A DNA stretch of 64,000 nucleotides, taken from Candidatus Bathyarchaeia archaeon. Its GTDB lineage: Archaea; Thermoproteota; Bathyarchaeia; Bathyarchaeales; Bathycorpusculaceae. The notes beneath the pieces are model-generated. The model was not told the origin of the DNA. It worked only from the letters and a program-made list of their open reading frames with translations, and made no database searches. Below are positions 8,567-19,283 of the stretch, piece by piece; positions within the stretch are counted from its first letter, which is position 1, and each line of letters starts with the position of its first letter. A program made the position numbers and the translations under genes. The stretch lies in assembly GCA_050012255.1 (NCBI GenBank), contig JBEKHN010000001.1, positions 32,001 through 96,000 of the forward strand. The letters are read 5' to 3'.

Positions 8567-9940
8567 TTACTTCATTATTTTGGAGGCAGCCTCTTTGAAC
8601 AGGGCTCCTGTTCGCACGCGCCACTTTTCAAAGTCTTTAGGGGTCTCCGGGTATTCTTTGTAGTGGGCTTTGACCTGATTCATGTACTTGACCGTCAGGC
8701 GAAGCTTGTTCAAGAAGCTTATTCTCTTCAATCCTCTGAAGACTCTCCTGCTGGTTTCAGTGATGTTCAGATGAAACTCGTCGCCCAACCCTGCTTTTAG
8801 CACATCTTCCTCTGTCAAGAGGTGATACCTCATTCCGTAGTTCAGGTCTTCATCCCGAGAGGACAGGAGCAGCATTCGAAAGATGTCCAGTCTGGCCTGT
8901 TTGGCTCCGTACGCCTCGTCGTACCTTAAGCTGTAAGGCCACAGAGATTCCTGGCTGACGTCTCCTTTTTCAAGGGCTTCGACGATGGTCTTGCCTGCAA
9001 GCTGACCGCTCAGCATCGATGGCCCTATTCCTCCGCCGTGTATCGGGTTAACCAAGCAGGCCACGTCACCGGTGATCACAACGCCGTTTCCAACCATGCA
9101 ATCTAGGGGCCTTCGAGTCGGGTCGTACCACGCTCCTCCGTTCAGAAGCAGAGAACCATCAAAAGCAGGCTTGGTGAGAATGTGCTTGTAGAACTGGTCC
9201 TTGGGGTTTGGAAACTTGTTGCGCATGCAGATTCCCAGGCCTGCGTTGACTCTTGCCCCGCCCTTCGGGAAAATCCATGCGTAGCCTCCTGGAGTCGCCT
9301 TCTGGTTGAGGTAGATTTCGCAGTAGTCCGTGTTTTCGGTTTCCTGCTTGAGCTGGCGGATCTCGCGGTAGCAGGCTTCAACGTCCTCGTTTGCAACCTC
9401 GTTTTGAATGCCCATCTCCTTGGGCAGCTTCTTCCTTACAGCCGCTACGAAACCGCTCGCGTCAACAGTCACCTTGCCTCTCAACTCCATCTCCTCGCCA
9501 GTTTTCAAGTTCTTGACCAACACGCCTGCCACAAAACCCTTGTCGACCAGCGGACCCAAGCATTGCGTTGAATCCAGAAGGCGTGCACCCTTATCTATTG
9601 CCTTCCTGAGCAGCCACTGCCCGAAGAGTCGCCTGTTGAGCAGGTAGCCAACGAAGTCCTCGTGTTCAACGGTAAACGTCGTGTCCATGTCTGGAGAATA
9701 GATCCTGATGCCCTCGATCCTCTTCTCAAGTTCGCCGCCCTGCGGCTTTTGCAAGCCTAAGGTTTTCAAGTGATGCTCCCCAAGGGCGTCCCCGCAGATT
9801 TTTTCGCCGACCTCTTCTCTCTTCTTTCTCTCGATGAGGCACACTTTCAAACCTGCTCCGGCTGCTGTTTCCGCGGCCAGGCACCCTGCTGTTCCGGCTC
9901 CAACGACTAGTAAGTCGAACTTCTCCAACCCAGACACCAT
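8567..9940 (-). CDS. Geranylgeranyl reductase family (DGGGPL reductase-like)
   Basis: VVGAGTAG, KICGDAL, PGGYAWIFP and GD...VNPIHGGGI motifs. Confidence 0.9.
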   Translation of the reverse strand: MVSGLEKFDLLVVGAGTAGCLAAETAAGAGLKVCLIERKKREEVGEKICGDALGEHHLKTLGLQKPQGGELEKRIEGIRIYSPDMDTTFTVEHEDFVGYLLNRRLFGQWLLRKAIDKGARLLDSTQCLGPLVDKGFVAGVLVKNLKTGEEMELRGKVTVDASGFVAAVRKKLPKEMGIQNEVANEDVEACYREIRQLKQETENTDYCEIYLNQKATPGGYAWIFPKGGARVNAGLGICMRNKFPNPKDQFYKHILTKPAFDGSLLLNGGAWYDPTRRPLDCMVGNGVVITGDVACLVNPIHGGGIGPSMLSGQLAGKTIVEALEKGDVSQESLWPYSLRYDEAYGAKQARLDIFRMLLLSSRDEDLNYGMRYHLLTEEDVLKAGLGDEFHLNITETSRRVFRGLKRISFLNKLRLTVKYMNQVKAHYKEYPETPKDFEKWRVRTGALFKEAASKIMK

Positions 9941-10158
9941 AAGAGGCTTTGCCTTCTACTCGTTTGTCATAACTCATAACCTTTACTGAACCCATCTCAC
10001 AGCGCCCATCGGTTGTTTCGTCCCATTGTACATCGAAAAGCTTTTCATTAACTATGCGAAAACTTACGAGTAATACTGATTGGTGATTCATAATAGTTAA
10101 TTATATTCTGGGCCAACGATGGAAAACAGTTAGACTGATTGAAAAGGTGTGTTGAAAA

Positions 10159-10407
10159 ATGATGAAGAAAGCAGAAATCAAGAAAGGCATGGCGTACAAG
10201 GTTGACCTGACAAAGATCGATGGCGACGGGGCTTTTCCATGTCCAAAGTGCGGGTCCATAATATCTCCTGACGACGAATCAGAGGAGAACTACCAGATCG
10301 TTGATACTAAGGTGAGGAACGACGAGCTTGCAGAATTGGTTGTGATGTGCAAGAAATGCGGAATCACGATCAAGCTTGTAGGCTTTGTACCGCAGACGCA
10401 AAACTAG
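10159..10407 (+). CDS. Small zinc-ribbon protein
   Basis: FPCPKCG...CKKCG. Confidence 0.8.
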   Translation: MMKKAEIKKGMAYKVDLTKIDGDGAFPCPKCGSIISPDDESEENYQIVDTKVRNDELAELVVMCKKCGITIKLVGFVPQTQN

Positions 10408-10429
10408 ATTAGGCGGCTGGCAAGCCAAC

Positions 10430-10642
10430 CTATTTTTCTTGTGTAAGTCTCCGGCTCACAGCGATGAAGATCAGCCACAGCGCGACGCTGTAAAGGACCC
10501 CGTTGAAAAGCGCGCTTACGACAGCAGTGTACTGACTGACCGATGCTCCGATCAGAGTGCAGAGGACATTTCCCGGAAACATCGGCGATGGAATCAGCAG
10601 AGACGCAGCTGTAAACAATACGAAGAAGACCATCAGGATCAT
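10430..10642 (-). CDS. Small membrane protein
   Basis: Two hydrophobic helices and a basic tail. Confidence 0.55.
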   Translation of the reverse strand: MILMVFFVLFTAASLLIPSPMFPGNVLCTLIGASVSQYTAVVSALFNGVLYSVALWLIFIAVSRRLTQEK

Positions 10643-10825
10643 TGTTCCCTTCGTTGCTGATCGCTCCGCTTTGATTTTGACTCGTCTTCTAGTCGGGTTA
10701 CAGCCTCGACAGTGTCTAGCATCGCAATATTTAATAAACCTTGCCGTACAGCCGTAGGACAGAAATACACCAGGGGTTTGCGAGTCCTAAAGACCAAGAA
10801 GATTCAGCAAGTATAGCATGTAGTA

Positions 10826-11911
10826 TTAGAATAAGGAACAGAGAATGAAAATTGCCACCAGCCCGATTGCCACCAGCTTCCTCCCGTTTGACAAGCCAGA
10901 AACATCGTCTAAGGGCCCCGGATGCCTATACATGGACATTAAGACGACAAAGAAAGCCATCGGCCAGAATCCTTCGATCACCAACAACAGAACGGACAGA
11001 ATGGTTAACACCGTTCGTGCTTTTTCGCCTAGCACGGACCTGGCTGCGTGGCCGCCGTCGAGCTGTCCAGCGGGCAACAGGTTGAGCATTGTGACTAGCA
11101 TGCCGGCCCAGCCAGCGAAGGCAACAGGGTGCAGTAACACATAGTAATTTGCTGGAAGTTTTATGAGAAAAGTGGCAAACAGGTCGAAGATTAGAGGTGA
11201 AGGAAGGAAGCTTTCGCCGCCTGTGATCGGAAGAATTGGAGAGAGCATTAGCCCAACGACGGTTGCTATCAAGGCCACTATGAACCCGACGATTGGGCCA
11301 CTGGACCCCACGTCGAACAGGGCATCTCTGTTGGGTGGAAGAGACTTCTGCATTATCACTGCACCAAAAGTGCCGATGCCCAAGACATCCCCTATGGGAG
11401 GTGGACCTGGAATAAAATAGGGCGGCGTTGCTTCTACCCCGCTTCTGTTAGCCATGAGCTTATGGCCCATCTCGTGGGTCCCAAGTATGGCCATAATGGC
11501 TACTGTGAACGCTCCGGCTCCTATCAGTGGGCTGCGCATCACTCCCGTACCAACAAGATCGGCTGAAAGCAAGTAGCCTGTAGCGAACGTCGTGCCTATC
11601 GTGGCGAAAAACAACGCCCAGTTCACGAGTATGTTGCTCTTCTTCACAGGCGGCTTTGGACCAACTCTCAAGACCACCTTCCCATCAACCTTGCGCAGGA
11701 ACGCAATTAGGTTCATTGACTCCAAGTTCTTCAGAAGTTTGAGAAAGGCCTGCTTTGTTTCCTGAGGCTGTTTCAAGTAGTACGTTGGAATGCCGTGCTC
11801 CAGCAGAGACTCCTCAGCCTGGAAATGTGCAGAAACTAGCTGGGTTATCTTCTCAAAGTCCGTTTGCTGAACGAGAGGTGCTTGAGCCGTCTCGCTTGGT
11901 TCTTCAGTCAT
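10826..11911 (-). CDS. Site-2 protease (M50 metalloprotease)
   Basis: HEMGH and NLLPAGQLDGGH motifs. Confidence 0.95.
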   Translation of the reverse strand: MTEEPSETAQAPLVQQTDFEKITQLVSAHFQAEESLLEHGIPTYYLKQPQETKQAFLKLLKNLESMNLIAFLRKVDGKVVLRVGPKPPVKKSNILVNWALFFATIGTTFATGYLLSADLVGTGVMRSPLIGAGAFTVAIMAILGTHEMGHKLMANRSGVEATPPYFIPGPPPIGDVLGIGTFGAVIMQKSLPPNRDALFDVGSSGPIVGFIVALIATVVGLMLSPILPITGGESFLPSPLIFDLFATFLIKLPANYYVLLHPVAFAGWAGMLVTMLNLLPAGQLDGGHAARSVLGEKARTVLTILSVLLLVIEGFWPMAFFVVLMSMYRHPGPLDDVSGLSNGRKLVAIGLVAIFILCSLF

Positions 11912-12159
11912 TACGTTCCTGCCCTTTCACGATTGCCGTACTAGAATTCTCAGGCAATAGAAAAGTCTATTGGAATTGTTTTCTCACTCTTGTTCACGTC
12001 ATCCTGAGCATTTCCAGCTGTTTTGCTTAAACCGTAAGTTTTGTTGATGTTACAGTTAACCAACTTTTTCAGTTTGTCGAAAGTATTAAGAAAAGAGAAC
12101 AAGCTTAGTCTGTATTGATCTCGGAAGTTGAAACAGACGAATTTTGTCCGCGCGCTATC

Positions 12160-12207
12160 TTATGGTCTCTGTTATGGTCTCTGTTATGGTCTCTGTTATG
12201 GTCTCTG
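12160..12207. repeat. Perfect tandem repeat (TTATGGTCTCTG)x4
   Basis: Four exact 12-bp units in the intergenic region upstream of wecB. Confidence 0.95.
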
Positions 12208-12295
12208 CACACGGTGATGCTGGAAAAGACTTTAAGGAACTGGTTTATAGCATTCGAACACCTTATTCGAGTGTTTTGAAGGCGATCAGCCGGTC

Positions 12296-13390
12296 ATGAG
12301 AATCTGTGTCGTGCTGGGAACTAGACCTGAAATCATCAAAATGTCTCCTGTTATTCGAGAATGTGAACGTTTAGACTCGGATTTTTTCATCTTGCACACT
12401 GGTCAACATTGTTCTTACGCTATGGATGGGGTGTTTTTTGAACAACTCGCATTGCCTAAGGCGCGGTATAATCTTCAAGTTAATTCACGAAGCCATGCCC
12501 AACAGACTGGCAGGATGCTCATGGGCATCGAGCACGTTCTCAAACATGAGAAGCCCAATATTGTGCTCGTTGAAGGCGACACAAACACGGTTCTTGCAGG
12601 CGCTCTGGCCTCAGTCAAGTTGAGGATCAAGGTTGGACATGTTGAGGCTGGACTGAGAAGCTATGACAGAGAGATGCCTGAGGAAATAAACAGGGTCGTG
12701 GCTGATCATTGTTCAGACCTGTTGTTTGCGCCAACGGAAGAATCAAAGAAGGTGCTCCTGAACGAAGGCATTCCTGAAGGCCGGGTTTTTGTCACGGGAA
12801 ACACTATTGTGGATGCCCTTTTTCAGAACTTGGAGATTGCAAAGAAGAGAAATGTGGATCTAAGTCGCCTCGGGGTTGATGAGGAGGCCTACTTTTTGGC
12901 AACTGTTCACAGACAGGAAAATGTTGATAGTAAGGAGCGATTTAACGGAATCTTGCATGGGCTTAGAGAAGTGCACAGAAAATACAAGTTGCCAGTCATT
13001 TATCCTATTCATCCAAGGGCAAGAAAACGATTCAAGACATTCAAGCTGAACGCAGAAGAAATATCGCTCATTGATCCATTGGATTATTTGACTTTTCTGC
13101 GGCTTGAAAGCAACGCCAGACTTGTGTTAACCGATTCCGGCGGGGTGCAAGAAGAAACTTGCATCCTCAAAGTTCCTTGTGTCACCTTGAGATGCAACAC
13201 TGAGAGACCTGAAACGTTGCGGGTTGGCTCTAATCTCTTGGCTGGGACAGACCCAGACAGCATAGTTGAAAAAACAGCTGCGATGCTCGAGAGGTCTGCT
13301 TCTTGGGAAAATCCCTTCGGCGATGGAAGAGCAGGGCAAAGGATTATTGAAATAATAGAGCGCACTAGTGCCGGCTCAATTAAGGGCTGA
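12296..13390 (+). CDS. wecB: UDP-N-acetylglucosamine 2-epimerase (non-hydrolysing)
   Basis: GTRPEIIK, HVEAGLRS, PEEINR, TDSGGVQEE and TERPE motifs. Confidence 0.96.
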   Translation: MRICVVLGTRPEIIKMSPVIRECERLDSDFFILHTGQHCSYAMDGVFFEQLALPKARYNLQVNSRSHAQQTGRMLMGIEHVLKHEKPNIVLVEGDTNTVLAGALASVKLRIKVGHVEAGLRSYDREMPEEINRVVADHCSDLLFAPTEESKKVLLNEGIPEGRVFVTGNTIVDALFQNLEIAKKRNVDLSRLGVDEEAYFLATVHRQENVDSKERFNGILHGLREVHRKYKLPVIYPIHPRARKRFKTFKLNAEEISLIDPLDYLTFLRLESNARLVLTDSGGVQEETCILKVPCVTLRCNTERPETLRVGSNLLAGTDPDSIVEKTAAMLERSASWENPFGDGRAGQRIIEIIERTSAGSIKG

Positions 13391-13587
13391 GAAAAGAGCG
13401 ACCTTTCATTTATAGCTTATTCTTCGATTCGTCGACAACGTTATAAAAAGAGAATAGGTCTAGCTTATATGAGGTTCAAGACGTCCGAAAGAGTGAATCC
13501 AACCTTGATTTATAAGACAGTAGCGCACACGGATCTACATAGGTGACCGCAGGTGGCTAATCATTGTTTGCGAAGGATTTGAAATAT

Positions 13588-14577
13588 ATGGCCACGCAAA
13601 GTACAGCAGTTGACTTGGAGAATGATAATGGATACAGTCAACTAGCACTGTTGACTATCAGTATTGGTATTTGCGCGTATAATGAACAGGAAAATATTGA
13701 AACTTTGCTTAACAACCTCTTGGCTGAACAGGATCTGCCGCAGAAATCAGAAATCATCGTTGTCTGCTCAGGATGTACGGACAGAACCCCAGAGATCGTT
13801 AAGGACTTCGCTAGAAAAGACGAGAGAGTAAAACTGATTCTCGAAGCAGAGAGGAGAGGGAAAGCTCCGGCACTGAACCGTCTGCTTGGCATCTATCGCG
13901 GAGAAATATTTGTCCATCTTGATGCGGACCACATTCCGAAGCCTGGAGCTATCAACATGTTATTGAAGAATTTCAGTAACACCGAGGTTGGGGGTGTCTC
14001 TGGGCATCAGATACCTATAAAGGCTGACAGTTTTATGGGAAAGATATGTGAGGTCATTTGGGGTCTGCACAGTGAAACCCAACGCTATTACCATTTAAGA
14101 GGCAAGGCCCAGCATCTGGGAGGAGTCTTGTTCGCAGTCAGGCGAGGGATATGCGACAACATCCCTGAAGACATAGTGAATGATGATGCATACATAGGGG
14201 TACTGTGCAGGATGAAGAGTTACAAAGTCTCATTTGAGGAAAAGGCAATCGCCCTTTTTCGGGGACCCGCAACCGTATCAGATTACGTAAATCAAAGAAG
14301 GAGAGTCGTTTATGGACATTTAAAGGTGAAAAGGGAAACGAAAATAGCTCCTGTGGTCTTGGAATCCAGCCCTTTGAATGTTGAGACTAGCATAATACTG
14401 CACTGGCTGGAAAAGAACCCTAACATGGTTGGTTCCTTTTTGGCATCATGTCTTTTGGAAGGTGTTGTAAACATTTTAGCCAGAATAGACCTTTGGAGAG
14501 GCAACAACAATCACAAAGTGTGGAAAGTCGCAACAACGACCAAGAAAGCAATCCCAAAGTCTGTGTCAACATTTTAG
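13588..14577 (+). CDS. Glycosyltransferase family 2
   Basis: AYNE, DAD, DD and QRRR motifs. Confidence 0.9.
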   Translation: MATQSTAVDLENDNGYSQLALLTISIGICAYNEQENIETLLNNLLAEQDLPQKSEIIVVCSGCTDRTPEIVKDFARKDERVKLILEAERRGKAPALNRLLGIYRGEIFVHLDADHIPKPGAINMLLKNFSNTEVGGVSGHQIPIKADSFMGKICEVIWGLHSETQRYYHLRGKAQHLGGVLFAVRRGICDNIPEDIVNDDAYIGVLCRMKSYKVSFEEKAIALFRGPATVSDYVNQRRRVVYGHLKVKRETKIAPVVLESSPLNVETSIILHWLEKNPNMVGSFLASCLLEGVVNILARIDLWRGNNNHKVWKVATTTKKAIPKSVSTF

Positions 14578-14629
14578 CGCGAGCTAGTTTTTTAGAAGGA
14601 TAACATTTTCCATTAATTTCGCTAGCTCT

Positions 14630-15010
14630 TCACGCCGCGCGACTTATCAAGTATATGGCTACAAGACCGATGATGACCCCGACCCAAACGGTAAAAGGAT
14701 ACCTAGTTTTGAGGACGGCAGTGTCCAACACAGCTGTGAAGACCAAGGATAGTACGGTGATAGCTGTGACGAGTTGAGTGATGCCCATGTAACCAGTTGG
14801 CACTATGCTTGCGAAACGTCCGACAAACATGAGGAAAAGTGCAGTAAACACCAGTGGAGTGAACAGAGTCTGCAAATCCCACTTAATGTCTAGAAGATTC
14901 TTCCATGAAATTTGTCCCATGTTATTGCTGGCTACTTTCCATAGTATGTTACCGATAGATCCGATCAAGGAAACAATGACTAGGAGAACCCATACAATCC
15001 ACTCATCCAT
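14630..15010 (-). CDS. Small 4-TM SMR/EamA-like protein (possible lipid-sugar flippase)
   Basis: 126 aa, four TM helices, GNILWK...WVGVIIG pattern resembling ArnE/ArnF; lies within the GT cluster. Confidence 0.6.
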   Translation of the reverse strand: MDEWIVWVLLVIVSLIGSIGNILWKVASNNMGQISWKNLLDIKWDLQTLFTPLVFTALFLMFVGRFASIVPTGYMGITQLVTAITVLSLVFTAVLDTAVLKTRYPFTVWVGVIIGLVAIYLISRAA

Positions 15011-15201
15011 TTTTGCAGCCTCTATTTTCTATGGCCTCTGAATAATCTTTTAACTTTTGCGTTCAAACTTGTTCTACCTGTCCTTTCGACAGCAGTCTTA
15101 ATATCTTATCTTCTTACGGCGGGAAATACTCAACCTCTCTTGTTTCTTTTAGGCTGTAGTCTAGGATGATCCAAGTTCCACGAGCGCGCGCTAACGTTCT
15201 A

Positions 15202-15984
15202 TCAACGTCTTTGCGCATTTTCAAACGTCTGGTTCAGGTAGCGGTTTCTAAAAGTGCTCGCCCAAGATCTGCTTTTCACCAATAATGCAACGTATCTCCT
15301 GATGGTTGGAAACAGCCGCATCTTACTTCTACTTCTTTTTTTCCCGTAATCTAGCGTAATTGGCACTTCTTTGATAGTTGAATCGCACCAGTAAGCTTTC
15401 GCAAGTATCTCAAGCGAGGCCTCGAACCCTCTTGATTCAATAAGGTTGTGCTTTGAGATCAGATCCAGCTTCTGAAGTGTTGATGCCTTGAAGCATCGGT
15501 ATCCGCTAGTCGCGTCTTTAGCAGGTAGCTTCATCACCTTTGCAATTAGAAAATTCACAGTCTTGCTTAGCATCACACGGTAAAAAGGAACATTTAGCTG
15601 TCTTCCCTTCTCTACATAGCGCGAACCGATCACTATGTCCGCATGCTTCGAAGCATTTATCATGTCGATGATGAACTGAGGGTTGTGTGTATTATCTGCG
15701 TCCATCGTGAAAACGAGATCTTCATCCTTAGAAAACTGAATAGCGTAACCTAGACCAGTCTTAAGTGCCGCCGCGAGTCCCTTGTTAGTTTCATGTTCCA
15801 GCATGTGAATAGGATACTTTTTGGAGGACTCTTTCAAGAGCGCCCTTGTGCTATCCCTACTGCCGTCGTTGACAGCAACTATCTCATACGACATGTGAGG
15901 GCTGAAAGCATTATTCAATGTGCAGACCAAGGGCTCGATGTTGTCTTCCTCGTTATAACAAGGCAATACTACAAAGCACTTCAT
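15202..15984 (-). CDS. DPM1-like polyprenol-phosphate glycosyltransferase (GT2)
   Basis: PCYNEE, VNDGSRD, MDADNTH, GSRY and DATSGYR motifs. Confidence 0.92.
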   Translation of the reverse strand: MKCFVVLPCYNEEDNIEPLVCTLNNAFSPHMSYEIVAVNDGSRDSTRALLKESSKKYPIHMLEHETNKGLAAALKTGLGYAIQFSKDEDLVFTMDADNTHNPQFIIDMINASKHADIVIGSRYVEKGRQLNVPFYRVMLSKTVNFLIAKVMKLPAKDATSGYRCFKASTLQKLDLISKHNLIESRGFEASLEILAKAYWCDSTIKEVPITLDYGKKRSRSKMRLFPTIRRYVALLVKSRSWASTFRNRYLNQTFENAQRR

Positions 15985-16142
15985 GCACTTTCTCCATTAG
16001 TCACAATTTGCCCACACTTGGTAAGGGAAGTGTATGTCAATTTATCGCTTTTAAAGTTTTAAATATTGAAGGCTACAACCAGTTACGACCACGTCAAAGG
16101 CCATTTCGCCTTTGATCGTATGTCTAGAAGCAAAGGATCGTC

Positions 16143-17258
16143 ATGTCGACTGGTTTGCGCAAGACTCTGTTCAAAAGCTCCGCGGGAGCTTTCATTTTCA
16201 TCGTCTTGTTAGCATTCATTCTTAGAGTTAACGTCTATTCTTTGGGGCCATACGTTGACGAGGAAACTTATGATTGGCTGGCTTTCAACCTGTCCCAAGG
16301 GAAGCTTAGAACGGGTTCGTCTTTCACAGATGTCTATGCACGCTATGGAGCTACTACTCCAGATCAACAGGTTGAGCCCTGGCTCGACCATCCTGTGCTG
16401 TATCCTTCAATTTTAGGAATAGTTAAAGCCTTCTTCCGCTTTGCCTTCAGATCAGACTTGGCCTTCTATGGGTCGAGGTTGACCTCGATACTTGTTTTTT
16501 GTCTCCCTACAATCTACCTTGTAATGATTGTGTGCAAGAAGAGATATGGAAACGGACCTGCGGTGATTGCAGGTTTGACCTATGCTGTCGCGCCTTCAAT
16601 AGTGCTCATGCAGCAAATGATATTTTTAGACCAAGGCGTAGCCTTTTTTTCAATGCTATCGTTCTTCGCTCTTACGAAGCACCTCGACGAAGGCGGGCCC
16701 AAGTGGTTAGTCTTGTCTTCGATTTTTGCAGGCTCTGCATCTCTGTGCAAAGGCACGGGGGTATTTGCAATCCCTGCCGTGGCGCTGACAGTAATTTTCA
16801 GCAAAGGATTCACAATCAAGAAAAAGGTATCCAAGAGTCTTCTGACGTTGGTCATTGGAGGGGCACTATTCTTGATCTATCCCTTGTACGGGTATCTTCT
16901 AAATTCACAGCTTTTCCAAGCAATCTCGTCGACGCAGTTGTCTAGCCATTCGATCATTGTTGATTGGCTGATTAGATCAATGGTAGAGTATCCGTGGAAC
17001 TATCAGCATGCTTATGATTTATTTCTGCTGCTCGGCTGGATTGCCGTCGCATACATGCTCGTTAAGGGGCTGGAACACCACCAAGTTGAGGCCCCCTTGA
17101 TCTGGTTAGCTTGTTACATAGGAGTCCTTGTTTTTGTATCGAGGAATGCCTATTTCTATTCACAAATCGTGCTTTACCCATTTCTTTCAATCGCAATTGG
17201 CAAGATGCTTTTCGACTTGTTGGTTCTTGTGAAGGATTTCAGAAATAGACAAGTTTGA
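16143..17258 (+). CDS. GT-C fold glycosyltransferase (ArnT/PMT-like)
   Basis: DE motif after the first TM, DHP motif, multi-TM. Confidence 0.85.
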   Translation: MSTGLRKTLFKSSAGAFIFIVLLAFILRVNVYSLGPYVDEETYDWLAFNLSQGKLRTGSSFTDVYARYGATTPDQQVEPWLDHPVLYPSILGIVKAFFRFAFRSDLAFYGSRLTSILVFCLPTIYLVMIVCKKRYGNGPAVIAGLTYAVAPSIVLMQQMIFLDQGVAFFSMLSFFALTKHLDEGGPKWLVLSSIFAGSASLCKGTGVFAIPAVALTVIFSKGFTIKKKVSKSLLTLVIGGALFLIYPLYGYLLNSQLFQAISSTQLSSHSIIVDWLIRSMVEYPWNYQHAYDLFLLLGWIAVAYMLVKGLEHHQVEAPLIWLACYIGVLVFVSRNAYFYSQIVLYPFLSIAIGKMLFDLLVLVKDFRNRQV

Positions 17259-17796
17259 AATACCCTGATTAGACAGGCCTGCTCAACCTTGAGCGCGCTT
17301 CCGTTCCGTAAACGGCTGTGTTAGTTGAAGGACCCGCTACGCTAGTGGAGTTTATCGAGAAAAGAGAACCACTGTGATAGGTCACTATTAGATCGAAGAA
17401 ATAGCAGACATTGAGCCAACCGCTACAGGCGCCACGGCGCTAGAGATCGCCTTTCTCGATGAGTACTTACAGAGGAAATTCGAACTCGAGGAATTCGAGA
17501 TTAACCGAAGATTCTTGCAGTCTTCTTTTAAAACTCTTGGCTCAAAACTTCCGCAACAATCAAAACTCTAGAAAGAGAGACACAAATCTAAAATGGAAAC
17601 AAGGAGGGGACCAACGAGTTTCAAACGAATTTTCATTCATTGTTGGCTCTCCTTTTATCCTTCGCCTGCGCTTCCCATAGGAAATATTGAACAATGTTCT
17701 TTGCACTTTTCCATCGCTTCGGTACGTAGTCTTTTGAACGAATTCAATAAGGGTCTTGATCGAAACGAAAATGTCAGACATTCTTTATGGCATCTG

Positions 17797-19224
17797 CTAT
17801 TGCTTTTTGTTCGGTTTCCCTGTGGCGAGTTTGATTCCCAGTGCGTAGATAATGATAACTATTAAAGGCTGAATCAGAAGATACACTGGAATTCTGGCTT
17901 CAGGGGGCGTCAGAGAAATATAGGGAGATATGAAATACGAAAGATCATAACGATACATGATGTCCAAGATGAAGAATCCACTTATAGCCCAGTAGAAGTG
18001 TCTGAGGTTCACGCTGTTCTTTTTCGCGGCTAAGACCAGAATCAGCGGCAGCACCCATATTAGATATTGCTCATTGACGACGCTGTAGGTGAGGTAAGTG
18101 ACAAAGTGTGCAACGACCGCATACGCTATGATCTCTTGGTCCTGCAACGGTTTGCTTCTGAGAATCTGGAAAGCAAGAAAGATCAGAGCGATGCCCATCA
18201 AGAGAGGCGAAATCGGAATGTTCATGCTCACGTGTAGATCCTTAAATATCTCATTGAGGAACGTGAGCGGTGTGAGGTTTTGAAAGAGGTTCTGGCCTCC
18301 CCAATCGGGAGAGGCTCGCTTGTAGAACAGGTTCACTATTAGTTGAGTTGATAGGGACAATGGATCTTGACCGGCGAGAGAAGCCGCGATAGCATAGGCC
18401 GTGAATGTTGCTATCAGAACGACAAGCGTTGAAAGTAGGAAATATCTCAGTGCTTTGACTTTTTCCCCTCTCTTGTAGATAATAAGAAACATTATTGGGA
18501 TGAGTATGATTGCGTATAGCTTGAACAGCACAGAGACTGCCAAGAGTATGGCGGAGGATCTGTATTTTCTCGCTATCAAGAGATAAACCGATAATAGCAC
18601 GAGAAGCGCTGGGATTGCGTCAAACATGCCCCATACGGATGAGATCCAGATGACGTAGGGATTGAAGAGCCATGCAAGAAGAGCATAGTAGGCATGCTTT
18701 GGAGACTCTCGCTTGATAAGTTCATACAGGACCAAGGCGATTAGAAGGTCAGCCACTATGATAGGTGTCTTGTCAATCAAATCTAATATGGGAAGTCCGG
18801 CTGGGACGAATGAGCGGTAGATTTCAAAGAGGTTACCCGTCTCTGCCCATTTGCGCCACAAAACAGTGATGCTGGCTGGTAATTGAGGAAAGTAGAAAAG
18901 TGAGTAGACCGGATAGATTGCTAAGAGCGTTAGAAGCCACATGGGAGGATATGACCAAGCAAGTTCAAGAGGAACTCCAGATTGAGGCCAGAAAGGGTTA
19001 ACATGATAATTGTAGACCAGTACTTGCTCTATCCTCCAAACGTACATGTCCCACCTTTGCTCCATGAAGGGAGCGAAGGCAAAACGTATAGCCGCTCCTA
19101 GAACGAACGGATAGAGAATCTTCGGAGAGTGCAGGTTCTTGCCCAATTGCGCAAGTCTAGCAGTCCATTCCTGGATGGCACCAGTTGTACTCGCTAAAGC
19201 CCTCTTGACACTATTTTTTGTCAA
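17797..19224 (-). CDS. GT-C glycosyltransferase (GT87/PIG-M-like)
   Basis: WD, YPP, K-x-P..AD, FNP...WGMFD, KLY and EQYLIW motifs; multi-TM. Confidence 0.8.
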   Translation of the reverse strand: MTKNSVKRALASTTGAIQEWTARLAQLGKNLHSPKILYPFVLGAAIRFAFAPFMEQRWDMYVWRIEQVLVYNYHVNPFWPQSGVPLELAWSYPPMWLLTLLAIYPVYSLFYFPQLPASITVLWRKWAETGNLFEIYRSFVPAGLPILDLIDKTPIIVADLLIALVLYELIKRESPKHAYYALLAWLFNPYVIWISSVWGMFDAIPALLVLLSVYLLIARKYRSSAILLAVSVLFKLYAIILIPIMFLIIYKRGEKVKALRYFLLSTLVVLIATFTAYAIAASLAGQDPLSLSTQLIVNLFYKRASPDWGGQNLFQNLTPLTFLNEIFKDLHVSMNIPISPLLMGIALIFLAFQILRSKPLQDQEIIAYAVVAHFVTYLTYSVVNEQYLIWVLPLILVLAAKKNSVNLRHFYWAISGFFILDIMYRYDLSYFISPYISLTPPEARIPVYLLIQPLIVIIIYALGIKLATGKPNKKQ

Positions 19225-19283
19225 TACACGCCTCCGTCAACCTTGTGCACAGCCTTCGAAGTACGTGCAGTGTAGAAGCCTTG

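Noticed and set aside
12160-12207. Repeat as a CRISPR array
   Set aside because: No spacers, unit too short and no cas genes; I saw no CRISPR array in the window.
17354-17460. 9-bp inverted repeat ATCGAGAAA/TTTCTCGAT as MITE ends
   Set aside because: Short, no convincing target-site duplication and no second copy seen.
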